Source: a virus
Lineage: Duplodnaviria; Caudoviricetes
Length of the DNA: 25,211 nt
IMG/VR virus record: IMGVR_UViG_3300033562_001026
Location: 1-25,211 of that record
Direction: 5' to 3' (one strand)
The notes under the pieces were generated by a model. That model had not been told where the DNA came from. It made no database searches and was given only the letters and a program-made list of their open reading frames with translations. Position numbers and translations under genes: made by a program. Shown here in pieces: positions 17,443-25,211 of the stretch (positions within the stretch are counted from its first letter, which is position 1; each line of letters starts with the position of its first letter).

Positions 17443-18867
17443 TTATACATTAATTAATCCGTCAGAAACCACAGTAAACGATACAACTTGTTTATTTTCA
17501 TAGTAGTTTCCGTTTCTCATTCTAATTTGTAAATAATAATCCTGTGGTATTAACCAAGAAGTATCGAGATTAAACTCATATCCAGTATTTGTTCTATTTA
17601 CAATTGTGAATGGAATTACATCCACCTCATATTTCTTACCAATAGTGGTATATAAACGGTATTCAATATCCAAAGGTAAGAAATTGTTTTGATTTGTATA
17701 TAATTCTTTTATAGTTAGCTTAACTTTTTTAATTCCACCAGCTCTAATATTTTCTTTTTCAGATATTCCCCAAAAATAAAAGAAATAATTATCGAAATTA
17801 ATTTGGTTTGAATTATCAAAAGTATAATATTTATCTGCGGATATTAAATAAAATTCACCAGTATATTGACTGGTTCTACCGTTAACAGTTAAATTCCATT
17901 CATCTGTAAATAAAACAGCATCTGGATATAATTCAGAATCAAGATTTAATATAATTTTATATACACCCTTACTAACATTGATAATTGAATCTCCACTTAA
18001 TGTGTTGATAAGATTGTCTTCATAATCATATATATTCACATTATTAACCACGACATTTTGTTGCATTCCACCAACATTTACATAAAGATATAATTCATTG
18101 TCTTTATCTAAATAGAAATAGTTTCTGTCATCAGTAATTGTGTCATCAATAATTGTTTCAATATAGGGTTCATACCAAGTATTAGTATTCTTTGCGTGAA
18201 ACGCAACGGCTTGTCTAAATTCAGTTTCAATGTCTTCATAAACATCAGCAAACTTAATTCCTAAACCAAATGATGCACCAGTAAATGCCGAAGTTCCAGT
18301 ATATCCTGTTTCAAAAAGTCTTTGGTTAACATAATCAGTTATATCAATATCAAGATTTTCACTACCAGTTTCAAATCTTTGTGTGGCGATAATTTCAGTT
18401 ACACCACTAATATATGCACCAGCTTGTGTCCAGTTCTCAGCAGTTGTTCTTGCAGACCAGTTCGCTGCTTGTGGATATACTTCGGGATATAATGGATATC
18501 GAATATCACCATATTCAAAATCATAACCACCACCCTCATCCCAATCTTCATTAACATTAAAAATATCTAATTCAAAACTTGTTGCCCTATCAATTCCCAA
18601 TGAATATGATTTTTTACCAACATATTGTTGTGCATAACTAATAGTATTAGTCATATGCAATACATGTTTTACTATTCTTTGTGGATTAATAAACCCCTGT
18701 GAAATTCTGTTTTGTAAATCACTTAAGTCAATATCAAAAATAAATCGACTCACTGATTTATCGAAAGTACCATATGATATTTCGGTTACAGGATTCTGTG
18801 AATTATTCGACAGATTGTTTTGAATCAGCGTATCATTCTTTTTAAAATATGACCTAAAAATTGACAT
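17443..18867 (-). CDS. Putative virion structural protein (474 aa; DNRLRE-like N-terminal domain, beta-rich C-terminus)
   Basis: SRFIFDIDL, EDWDEGGGYD, ANW..RT...W, LDIDITDYVN, YEPYIE pattern; preceded by a GTATTTATA motif. Confidence 0.55.
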   Translation of the reverse strand: MSIFRSYFKKNDTLIQNNLSNNSQNPVTEISYGTFDKSVSRFIFDIDLSDLQNRISQGFINPQRIVKHVLHMTNTISYAQQYVGKKSYSLGIDRATSFELDIFNVNEDWDEGGGYDFEYGDIRYPLYPEVYPQAANWSARTTAENWTQAGAYISGVTEIIATQRFETGSENLDIDITDYVNQRLFETGYTGTSAFTGASFGLGIKFADVYEDIETEFRQAVAFHAKNTNTWYEPYIETIIDDTITDDRNYFYLDKDNELYLYVNVGGMQQNVVVNNVNIYDYEDNLINTLSGDSIINVSKGVYKIILNLDSELYPDAVLFTDEWNLTVNGRTSQYTGEFYLISADKYYTFDNSNQINFDNYFFYFWGISEKENIRAGGIKKVKLTIKELYTNQNNFLPLDIEYRLYTTIGKKYEVDVIPFTIVNRTNTGYEFNLDTSWLIPQDYYLQIRMRNGNYYENKQVVSFTVVSDGLINV

Positions 18868-18880
18868 CTTCTTTTTCTAT

Positions 18881-18888
18881 ATAAATAC
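18881..18888 (-). promoter_or_regulatory. Putative late-promoter motif GTATTTAT(A)
   Basis: Between the terminator at 18898-18925 and ATG 18867 (13 nt upstream). Confidence 0.5.
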
Positions 18889-18897
18889 CTCAGAAAC

Positions 18898-18925
18898 AAA
18901 AAAGACTACACTCGGTAGTCTTTTT
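18898..18925 (-). terminator. Rho-independent terminator
   Basis: aaaaaagactac-actcg-gtagtcttttt. Confidence 0.8.
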
Positions 18926-18951
18926 ATATTGAAATACTTTATATTATTTTA

Positions 18952-21099
18952 TTACCAACCATATGAATTTTGATTTGCACCAGCATTGGTGTTTTCTTTA
19001 ATCCATTTCATAACCATTTCTGCATAATATGATGAAGTTAATTCATTAAGATACTCATCAATACCGTTTATATTTGTTGCTACAAATCGAGTTCCCTGAA
19101 CTGGTCGTTTAGTATTCCAGTCTAATGCACTGATTGCAACCTCACCACCCTGAACACCACTTTTATTATCGATATCAACCTTAATTATTCCACCAATAGC
19201 ATATTCACCAATTTTAAACATTTTGGTTTTATTTCCAGCACTGGCTTCACTAATGTTACCAGCCTCTCCATTAAGCTCATCGGCATGTGCTTGAGCATCA
19301 TCGATATTATCATATGCTGCTTTAACTTCAGCATCTGTTGGTACATTATTTATATCTTCTACGTATGCAGAAGTACCATCAAAAACAACTGCATGTTTTT
19401 TTCTACCAGTAGCATTGCTTCCACTCGATGGTCTAAAAATATCACCCATTCTTGCAAACAAATCATCTTCTTCATCAAGTTTGATTTCATCACCAACGTT
19501 TTTAGGTTCATAACCAAGTAAGCGGTCAGTCATTTCAGCATCGTCATCATCTTCTACACCAGCATCAGCTTCCATTTTATCGAGATGTGTATAATAATCG
19601 GGAATCTCCATGAGGTGGTCCATCGCTATTTCAAGCGCAAGCTTTGGGTCATCAGTATGTTCCATTTCAACCTTCAATCCCATTGCAAGTTGTTCTGGGT
19701 CAAAATCTTTTGGTTCTTTATCATCGGCTAATCCACCTTGTAATTTATTGTCACCGTCTATTTCACCACTCTCTGGTGCATCGGTTAATTCGGGATTCTC
19801 TTCTGGAGAAAGTTCTTCTTCATTAAACACAAAGTCATAAGAATCATCAGAATCTGCTTCAGGTTCATTATCGATAACAGTATCTTTTCTTATATCAGAT
19901 TTAGCTACTTTCATCGCATTTTTATCGACAGGGATTTCTAAATCAGGAATATCGATATCATCTTCTTCATAACCCTCTGCAAATGTTGTATTATAACTCA
20001 CAGATGTTTTCCAATTATCAAATTCTTTTCCTTTATTATAATTTTGATTATCTTTATACATGTCACCATGTGCTGCTTTTTGAGCATTCACGTCAGTTGG
20101 AATATCGAAATCTGGAATACCTAAATCATCTTCTTCATATTGTTCACCAAGTTTTACAACAGTTTGTGGTTTTTTCTTTTTCTTGGGTATTTGGTTCTTA
20201 GGTTTGAATTTCTTACCCATTTGGTCAGGATAGTCACCCTTTTCTTTCTTTTCTTTTGTTTCTTCCTCATTAAGTGATGCTAAATATCTTTCGTATTGCA
20301 TAACAGCAAGTTCCTTAATTTTAGCACGATAAACTTCTTGTGGAATATCAAAATATTTCATATCGTTTTTCGCCAACTCAGCATCAATCATTTGTTTCGC
20401 CTGAGTTATCACCATTTCTTTAATTTCTGGGTCTAACTTATTGAAGTATTTCTGACCAGCATTGCTTACATCAGGTTTAATACCCATTCCTTCATCAACA
20501 AATTCAAACTTATTCAGTTCGGGCGATTTAACCCTAACACTTGCGTTTGTAGGTTTTTCATCACCATATGCCTTACTGGTTTGCATTCTTTCTGGAGTAC
20601 CTCCAAATGGATATGAATCAATTTTTTTGATTGCTTCCTCATATAATTCATCAATTTCTTCTGGTTGTCCAACCTGAACTTGATTATAGTCAACATAATT
20701 ACCAGCTATTTCAATCATGTCACTTGCATGACTTGCATTGAATTGTTGTAATTCGTTTTCACCCATTTCTACTGATTCGCCACCCATCGCATCGTCAAAT
20801 GCAAAACTAATTAATTTTGCTTCAGTAACCTCAAATACATTATCTTGTACACTATCAGTAAATTCGATATGAAATGTGAACGATACGGTATTACCTTGGC
20901 TATCAGTACCCAATAAATTTACGATGTTTTCATCGCCAGTATCTTGTGGTTCAACCTCAAGTTGATTAATTTTTAGCTCATTAAATGCCATTTCCAACAC
21001 ATTACCAGAACTATAAGATTCGTTTAATTCAATCTTATTAACACCTTTCATCATTTCGAAAAGTCTTTCTTTGCTACCAATTGGGGTATATATTTTCAT
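18952..21099 (-). CDS. Acidic multidomain protein (715 aa), putative internal head protein / polyprotein
   Basis: Leader shared with 21112..21552; many hydrophobic-x-E motifs; 32-aa internal repeat; GLKVEMEHTDD...AMDHL.E.PDYY domain (DUF5661-like from memory); separate C-terminal FKIGEYAIGGII domain. Confidence 0.6.
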   Translation of the reverse strand: MKIYTPIGSKERLFEMMKGVNKIELNESYSSGNVLEMAFNELKINQLEVEPQDTGDENIVNLLGTDSQGNTVSFTFHIEFTDSVQDNVFEVTEAKLISFAFDDAMGGESVEMGENELQQFNASHASDMIEIAGNYVDYNQVQVGQPEEIDELYEEAIKKIDSYPFGGTPERMQTSKAYGDEKPTNASVRVKSPELNKFEFVDEGMGIKPDVSNAGQKYFNKLDPEIKEMVITQAKQMIDAELAKNDMKYFDIPQEVYRAKIKELAVMQYERYLASLNEEETKEKKEKGDYPDQMGKKFKPKNQIPKKKKKPQTVVKLGEQYEEDDLGIPDFDIPTDVNAQKAAHGDMYKDNQNYNKGKEFDNWKTSVSYNTTFAEGYEEDDIDIPDLEIPVDKNAMKVAKSDIRKDTVIDNEPEADSDDSYDFVFNEEELSPEENPELTDAPESGEIDGDNKLQGGLADDKEPKDFDPEQLAMGLKVEMEHTDDPKLALEIAMDHLMEIPDYYTHLDKMEADAGVEDDDDAEMTDRLLGYEPKNVGDEIKLDEEDDLFARMGDIFRPSSGSNATGRKKHAVVFDGTSAYVEDINNVPTDAEVKAAYDNIDDAQAHADELNGEAGNISEASAGNKTKMFKIGEYAIGGIIKVDIDNKSGVQGGEVAISALDWNTKRPVQGTRFVATNINGIDEYLNELTSSYYAEMVMKWIKENTNAGANQNSYGW
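19882..20145 (-). repeat. Two diverged 32-aa repeats, 56 codons apart
   Basis: EQYEEDDLGIPDFDIPTDVNAQKAAHGDMYKD (20050-20145) vs EGYEEDDIDIPDLEIPVDKNAMKVAKSDIRKD (19882-19977). Confidence 0.75.
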
Positions 21100-21111
21100 C
21101 TTTTACTATTT

Positions 21112-21552
21112 TTATTCAAAAATTATTGGGTTTGCTTTACCAAACTTCCTCATTATTATTGCTGCTTCAGCATTTGCCTCATTTTCAATGTCCGAACCAT
21201 CTTCACCAGCACCGTCATATATTTTACCTTCCTTTTCTTGTCTACGGTGAACTAATTCATGTGCAAGTGTTCTCAAGATATCTGCAAGATTGCGATTTGC
21301 TGCAACCACTCTAATTATTCCAGTTGCTGGAACATGTTTTCCAAACGAAGTCATTTCCTGTGCTTCTTCTGGGTCATATGATATTTCTATCTTATCGTCA
21401 TTAACGTCAAGATATTCACACACATAATTAACAAAATCAGTAATTAACTCTTTTTTCTTTTCTGGTGGAAGCAATTGTTCGTTAAGACCACTAACTTTAC
21501 CAACCATTTCAAAAAGTCTTTCTTTTGAACCATATGGGTGAAATATTCTCAT
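21112..21552 (-). CDS. Putative zincin metallopeptidase (146 aa) with shared N-terminal leader
   Basis: ILRTLAHELVHRRQ (HExxH at 21247-21261) and downstream ENEANA supplying a candidate third ligand. Confidence 0.7.
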   Translation of the reverse strand: MRIFHPYGSKERLFEMVGKVSGLNEQLLPPEKKKELITDFVNYVCEYLDVNDDKIEISYDPEEAQEMTSFGKHVPATGIIRVVAANRNLADILRTLAHELVHRRQEKEGKIYDGAGEDGSDIENEANAEAAIIMRKFGKANPIIFE

Positions 21553-21553
21553 A

Positions 21554-22621
21554 TTAAGATAATACTACGCTTATATCATATTTATCTAATGGGTCTTGAA
21601 CACTACCAGCACCTGCTGCGGTTAAATTCCCATTAATTGTTTGTGGTCTACCATTATCACCAGTAAACCTAATCTCAAAATACCAGATTTTACCTTGTGG
21701 TGGCATTCCACCATAATATTCTGGATTACGATTGAAATCCCAATCAAGACCTAATTCACCAAACCTATCCCAAATCTTTTTTACGTTTTCCCATGAATTG
21801 TCTCTAAAAGTTCCCATTATTAAAGAATCAATTGATTTATAAATTAAATTTATTGCACTTCGTTTATTTCGACCATCTATTTGAGACGAAGCCTCTAAAC
21901 CTTCCTTAACAAGTTTTGTTCTTTTTTTATTTGATTCATTTAACTCGTTAAAACTGTTCTGCACATCAATTTTAGATTTCTGTGGTAAATCATCAAAATC
22001 TGCAACATATGTACCATCAGGTAATTCTTTTATTCCTTTTTCCTGTTGTTGTTCACGTTTTTCATCGAACCAATTACCCTTCCAAAAATCATTTAAATTA
22101 AAATAATATGGATAGCTTACATTTGTTTTACTCATGAGTTTTTCAGCATTGCTTGGTTCACGAACTTCTTCAACATCAGCAGTTAAAACATCTATTTTAC
22201 CATTTAAACCACGCAAAGTACTATCCAGATTTTCCAATTTATCACGAATACTTTTCATTGCTTCAATATTATGTTTAATGATTTCGTTTTGAATGTCATC
22301 AACCTCTGGTTCAGCAGGTTGATTCATATCAGCACCCATTGGATTAGCTGCGTTAGGGTCTTCTGCTGGTGCAGGAACATCAGCTGGTGTTTCTGCAGGA
22401 ATCGGTTGGTCGTTTGAAGGTTCAGTTGGGGGCATACCACCACCAGCTATTTCAGCATCCTCCTGTTCACCAGCTTCATTGGTCATAGGGATGTTATCGA
22501 ATTCCTCGCCATCTTCAACCAATGGACGATATTTAGGAGATTCACTTAGCCTATAACCAGCACGATGCCTGAACTTTCTTAAATATTCTTCAGAAAGCAC
22601 GGTTTGTTTTTCATTTGCCAT
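21554..22621 (-). CDS. Acidic protein with Pro/Ala linker, coiled coil and appended C-terminal domain (likely ATG at 22621); putative head/internal protein
   Basis: VLSEE, RLSE, MTNE, ELNE, LVKE motifs; heptad segment IRDKLENLDSTLRGLNGKIDVL; SYPYYFNLNDFW; C-terminal domain ending AAGAGSVQDPLDKYDI. Confidence 0.6.
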   Translation of the reverse strand: MANEKQTVLSEEYLRKFRHRAGYRLSESPKYRPLVEDGEEFDNIPMTNEAGEQEDAEIAGGGMPPTEPSNDQPIPAETPADVPAPAEDPNAANPMGADMNQPAEPEVDDIQNEIIKHNIEAMKSIRDKLENLDSTLRGLNGKIDVLTADVEEVREPSNAEKLMSKTNVSYPYYFNLNDFWKGNWFDEKREQQQEKGIKELPDGTYVADFDDLPQKSKIDVQNSFNELNESNKKRTKLVKEGLEASSQIDGRNKRSAINLIYKSIDSLIMGTFRDNSWENVKKIWDRFGELGLDWDFNRNPEYYGGMPPQGKIWYFEIRFTGDNGRPQTINGNLTAAGAGSVQDPLDKYDISVVLS

Positions 22622-22633
22622 TGTCAATGAATA

Positions 22634-22810
22634 TTAATATTGTTCTCTTAGTAATTGTTTTCCCTCTTTAGTAACTAAAATACGGTCAATTCTTTCAATT
22701 AAACCTTCTCTTTCATCAAGAACGACTTTCTTTCTGTAGGTATTGTCGATTTCCTCAACTTGAGGTTCGTCAATAAAATTACTGAGTGCTTTTTCTACGT
22801 TATTTTCCAT
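22634..22810 (-). CDS. Small hypothetical protein (58 aa), below the ORF-track cutoff
   Basis: MENNVEKALSNFIDEPQVEEIDNTYRKKVVLDEREGLIERIDRILVTKEGKQLLREQY*; fills the gap and follows a GTATTTATA motif. Confidence 0.75.
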   Translation of the reverse strand: MENNVEKALSNFIDEPQVEEIDNTYRKKVVLDEREGLIERIDRILVTKEGKQLLREQY

Positions 22811-22831
22811 AGTACTTATAATTTATTTATT

Positions 22832-22839
22832 ATAAATAC
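22832..22839 (-). promoter_or_regulatory. Putative late-promoter motif GTATTTAT(A)
   Basis: 21 nt upstream of ATG 22810, heading the acidic-protein block. Confidence 0.5.
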
Positions 22840-22849
22840 TATTAAACAT

Positions 22850-23506
22850 TCATTTTGACAATATCACAACGAGATATCTTTTAAGGTGAGTAAATTTGGG
22901 CAATATTTTATAATATTTTTCATATATTGTACCGTCATCATCACGAATACAATCAAAAGATTCTGAGTTACCGTTAAATGTTAATGCCTCCAATCTTGAC
23001 AGTAAATCATCAATATTAAATTTGAAAAATCGATACATATCAAGATTCAATCCATATATTTTTTTATCAGATAATAGGTATAACATACTATTTTTCAACA
23101 TATAATACCTATCAATTTTTTTCGGTAGTGCATCCATTACGTTTTGTACATCAACCAACTGAAAAAATACTGGGTCTAAATTAATGTATGAATATTTTGG
23201 AGAGAAATAAAATTCTGGAACATTGTTTATAAAAAATTCGACTCCTTTTACGTGAGAAGCTTTGCTTTCTTCAAAACTACATTCCCAATATAATTCGTTT
23301 CCAATAATCTTCTTATGAAGAATATTAGCATTTTGAATAATTTCATTGTTCGGATTACAGGCTTTCATAAACGACCAACCCACATATAATGTTGGTAATG
23401 ATTTATCTAATTTATCATATTCAATGGCTTCGTTATAATAATTAACGTAGTCGAGTTTCTTACGATTCACCAGTTCCTTTTCGTAAACAATGTTGGCGAT
23501 TTTCAT
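22850..23506 (-). CDS. Hypothetical protein (218 aa from MKIANIV)
   Basis: ATG at 23506 avoids overlap with the upstream gene; LPTLYVGW segment; no function recognised. Confidence 0.7.
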   Translation of the reverse strand: MKIANIVYEKELVNRKKLDYVNYYNEAIEYDKLDKSLPTLYVGWSFMKACNPNNEIIQNANILHKKIIGNELYWECSFEESKASHVKGVEFFINNVPEFYFSPKYSYINLDPVFFQLVDVQNVMDALPKKIDRYYMLKNSMLYLLSDKKIYGLNLDMYRFFKFNIDDLLSRLEALTFNGNSESFDCIRDDDGTIYEKYYKILPKFTHLKRYLVVILSK

Positions 23507-23513
23507 ATTAATA

Positions 23514-24260
23514 TTATCTGTGTTTATAATAATACATTTGATTATCCCTAAATACATCAATTAGCCTATAACCAATACTTTCCATATAAATATCAACATT
23601 ATTGAAACTCGTTTCTTCGTGAATGTCGCACTCAACCATAATATCAGGAAAATCCCGACTAATTAAATTAGCAGCACCTTTCAATACTTTTAATTCGTGA
23701 CCTTCAACATCTAACTTAATGAAATCCACTTTAGGTAAATCAAAGCTATCAATTGTTTTTGTTATAGCAAAGCCATCTCCTTCAACCACCATAGTACCAC
23801 CAACATTGTGTTGATATTCAAGAAAATTATAGCGGTGTTCACCATCAGATAATGCGACATTATGAATTTCTAATTTATCATCTCCAAGACTATTTAACAC
23901 CTTATTTTGAAATAAAAGTGAAAAATTTTTAGGACTCGCCTCAAACGATATTGTTTTATCAAAAACGAATTTACTGAAGAAAATCGAATGATTGCCAATG
24001 TTTGCACCAATATCCAATGCAGTACCACCACTATATTTACTTTGAATAAATTCTAAGATATTCTGTTCATAAAATGTTGGCGTTGAAAAGAATTGTCCAA
24101 ATAATATCATGTTTGTCATAATATCGTAAGGAAACGCATATATGACTGTCATTTCATTACGATACGGAATGTCAATTCGAACAACATTCAATGCATTAGG
24201 TTTTGCTTCAGGCTTAACTTCTGATATAGCTTCTGAATTTTTTTTAGTAGATTTTTTCAT
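23514..24260 (-). CDS. FkbM-family SAM-dependent methyltransferase
   Basis: ALDIGANIGNHS, SFEASPKNF, NVALSD, FIKLDVEGHELKVLKGA. Confidence 0.9.
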   Translation of the reverse strand: MKKSTKKNSEAISEVKPEAKPNALNVVRIDIPYRNEMTVIYAFPYDIMTNMILFGQFFSTPTFYEQNILEFIQSKYSGGTALDIGANIGNHSIFFSKFVFDKTISFEASPKNFSLLFQNKVLNSLGDDKLEIHNVALSDGEHRYNFLEYQHNVGGTMVVEGDGFAITKTIDSFDLPKVDFIKLDVEGHELKVLKGAANLISRDFPDIMVECDIHEETSFNNVDIYMESIGYRLIDVFRDNQMYYYKHR

Positions 24261-24264
24261 TTAT

Positions 24265-24549
24265 TTAGGAACATTTTAGTGATAAATTAACATTTGCCAA
24301 TAAATAATCTCTTATTACACCAATATTATTATCTGATTTAAATTCATCTAATAAAATAAATGAATTCTTATATTTTCCAACACGTGTGGTTTGAATTTCA
24401 GAATTTCCAATTTCTCTTACATCATCCAATAATTTAATCAATTCCCACATAACTGGTGACACAATAAACGAGTTTCTTGGATTTTCATTATATTTTTCTT
24501 CCAGAAATTCCCCAACAACATTCAATTCGTTTTTATATTTTTCTTTCAT
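24265..24549 (-). CDS. Hypothetical protein (94 aa)
   Basis: Start overlaps the kinase stop by one base (TAATG); ends 4 nt before the next ATG. Confidence 0.65.
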   Translation of the reverse strand: MKEKYKNELNVVGEFLEEKYNENPRNSFIVSPVMWELIKLLDDVREIGNSEIQTTRVGKYKNSFILLDEFKSDNNIGVIRDYLLANVNLSLKCS

Positions 24550-25211
24550 TAGATTTTATTTGTGTCAACAACAACAACACCTTTTTGACTAACAACCCAT
24601 GCAGCACATCGATTTGCAAAAGCTATTGCACTGCGAATATCGTTACTTTTTATGAATTCTGCAACTAAAGCAGCAATAAAAGTATCACCAGCACCACTTA
24701 AATCACGAATAGCATGCTCGGTTTCAATTGGAAATCTCTCAAATCTAAGTCTTGCACCCTTATTACCTGAAGTAATAATAAGATTGTTCTTATATCCAGT
24801 AGTTAAATAATCATGACTTCTATCGGCTTCCTTTTCGTTTATTTTAATATACTTAATATCATCACACCAACCACCAAGCTCTTTTTTACTATCCATAAAA
24901 ATCGATGGATGATTATCACTAATATGCATGATGTCATGAATATTAAGATAACCCTTGTCATAATCACTGATTATAATTGCTTCATAACTATCGTAATCAA
25001 TATTATTTAATATGTCATCGTCAATAGCTTCAACACTATCGTTGATATCAACTCTCAGCAACATTTGATTACTGACTTCATCAACATATCTGGTTTTAGT
25101 TGGTTTGATATCATTAGTGATAATATCACATTCAATACCCAATGCTTTGAGATTATTGTAAACATTTAATGCCATTCCATAATTTCTCTTACCACTAATT
25201 GTCTTGAATAC
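24549..25211 (-). CDS. rfaE: PfkB-family sugar kinase, RfaE/HldE (heptose-7-phosphate kinase) domain I-like; 5' end outside the window
   Basis: Frame stays open to the edge (VFKTISGKRNYGMALNV); IISDYDKG, KINEKE, DLSGAGDTF motifs. Confidence 0.8.
   Translation of the reverse strand, partial: VFKTISGKRNYGMALNVYNNLKALGIECDIITNDIKPTKTRYVDEVSNQMLLRVDINDSVEAIDDDILNNIDYDSYEAIIISDYDKGYLNIHDIMHISDNHPSIFMDSKKELGGWCDDIKYIKINEKEADRSHDYLTTGYKNNLIITSGNKGARLRFERFPIETEHAIRDLSGAGDTFIAALVAEFIKSNDIRSAIAFANRCAAWVVSQKGVVVVDTNKI

Noticed and set aside
18880-22838. Plus-strand T4 late promoters (TATAAATA at 18880 and 22831)
   Set aside because: They would point away from the adjacent start codons into gene ends with no plus-strand genes; the minus-strand reading fits better, though antisense transcription is not excluded.
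743-25010. Numerous 60-150 aa plus-strand and alternate-frame ORFs in the track
   Set aside because: They lie antisense or out of frame within well-supported minus-strand genes and have shadow-like composition.
23507-25175. ORF-track starts at 23560 and 25175
   Set aside because: 23560 overlaps the FkbM gene while ATG 23506 fits the gap; 25175 is internal to the kinase domain, whose frame continues past the window edge.
1-25211. Stop-codon reassignment (TAG or TGA), as in some large phages
   Set aside because: Genes translate full-length in code 11 and end in TAA or TGA; no gene needs read-through. TAG is not seen as a stop here, so its status cannot be tested.

Overview
AT-rich segment of a large tailed dsDNA bacteriophage; every credible gene is on the minus strand. 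The host is probably Bacteroidota, inferred from TTTG-N19/20-TATATTTG promoters and A-rich, SD-less start regions. In transcription order (right to left) it holds: an RfaE/HldE-type sugar kinase and an FkbM methyltransferase; a block of acidic putative head/internal virion proteins, two sharing an N-terminal leader and one with an HExxH motif; a 474-aa structural protein; a replication/recombination module (gp32-like SSB, RecA/UvsX, 5'-3' exonuclease, hypothetical, DnaB-like helicase with a class-3 intein); an atypical initiator-like tRNA-Met(CAT); and five modular fibre/adhesin genes containing a duplicated gene pair. Main points of interest: a possible leader-plus-LxE-cleavage capsid cargo system, three unrelated homing endonucleases each apparently shortened by an in-frame internal deletion, a fibre domain flanked by a 21-bp in-frame direct repeat, segmental Cys enrichment, and a two-class promoter architecture. 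All family assignments are from motif recognition, not database searches.
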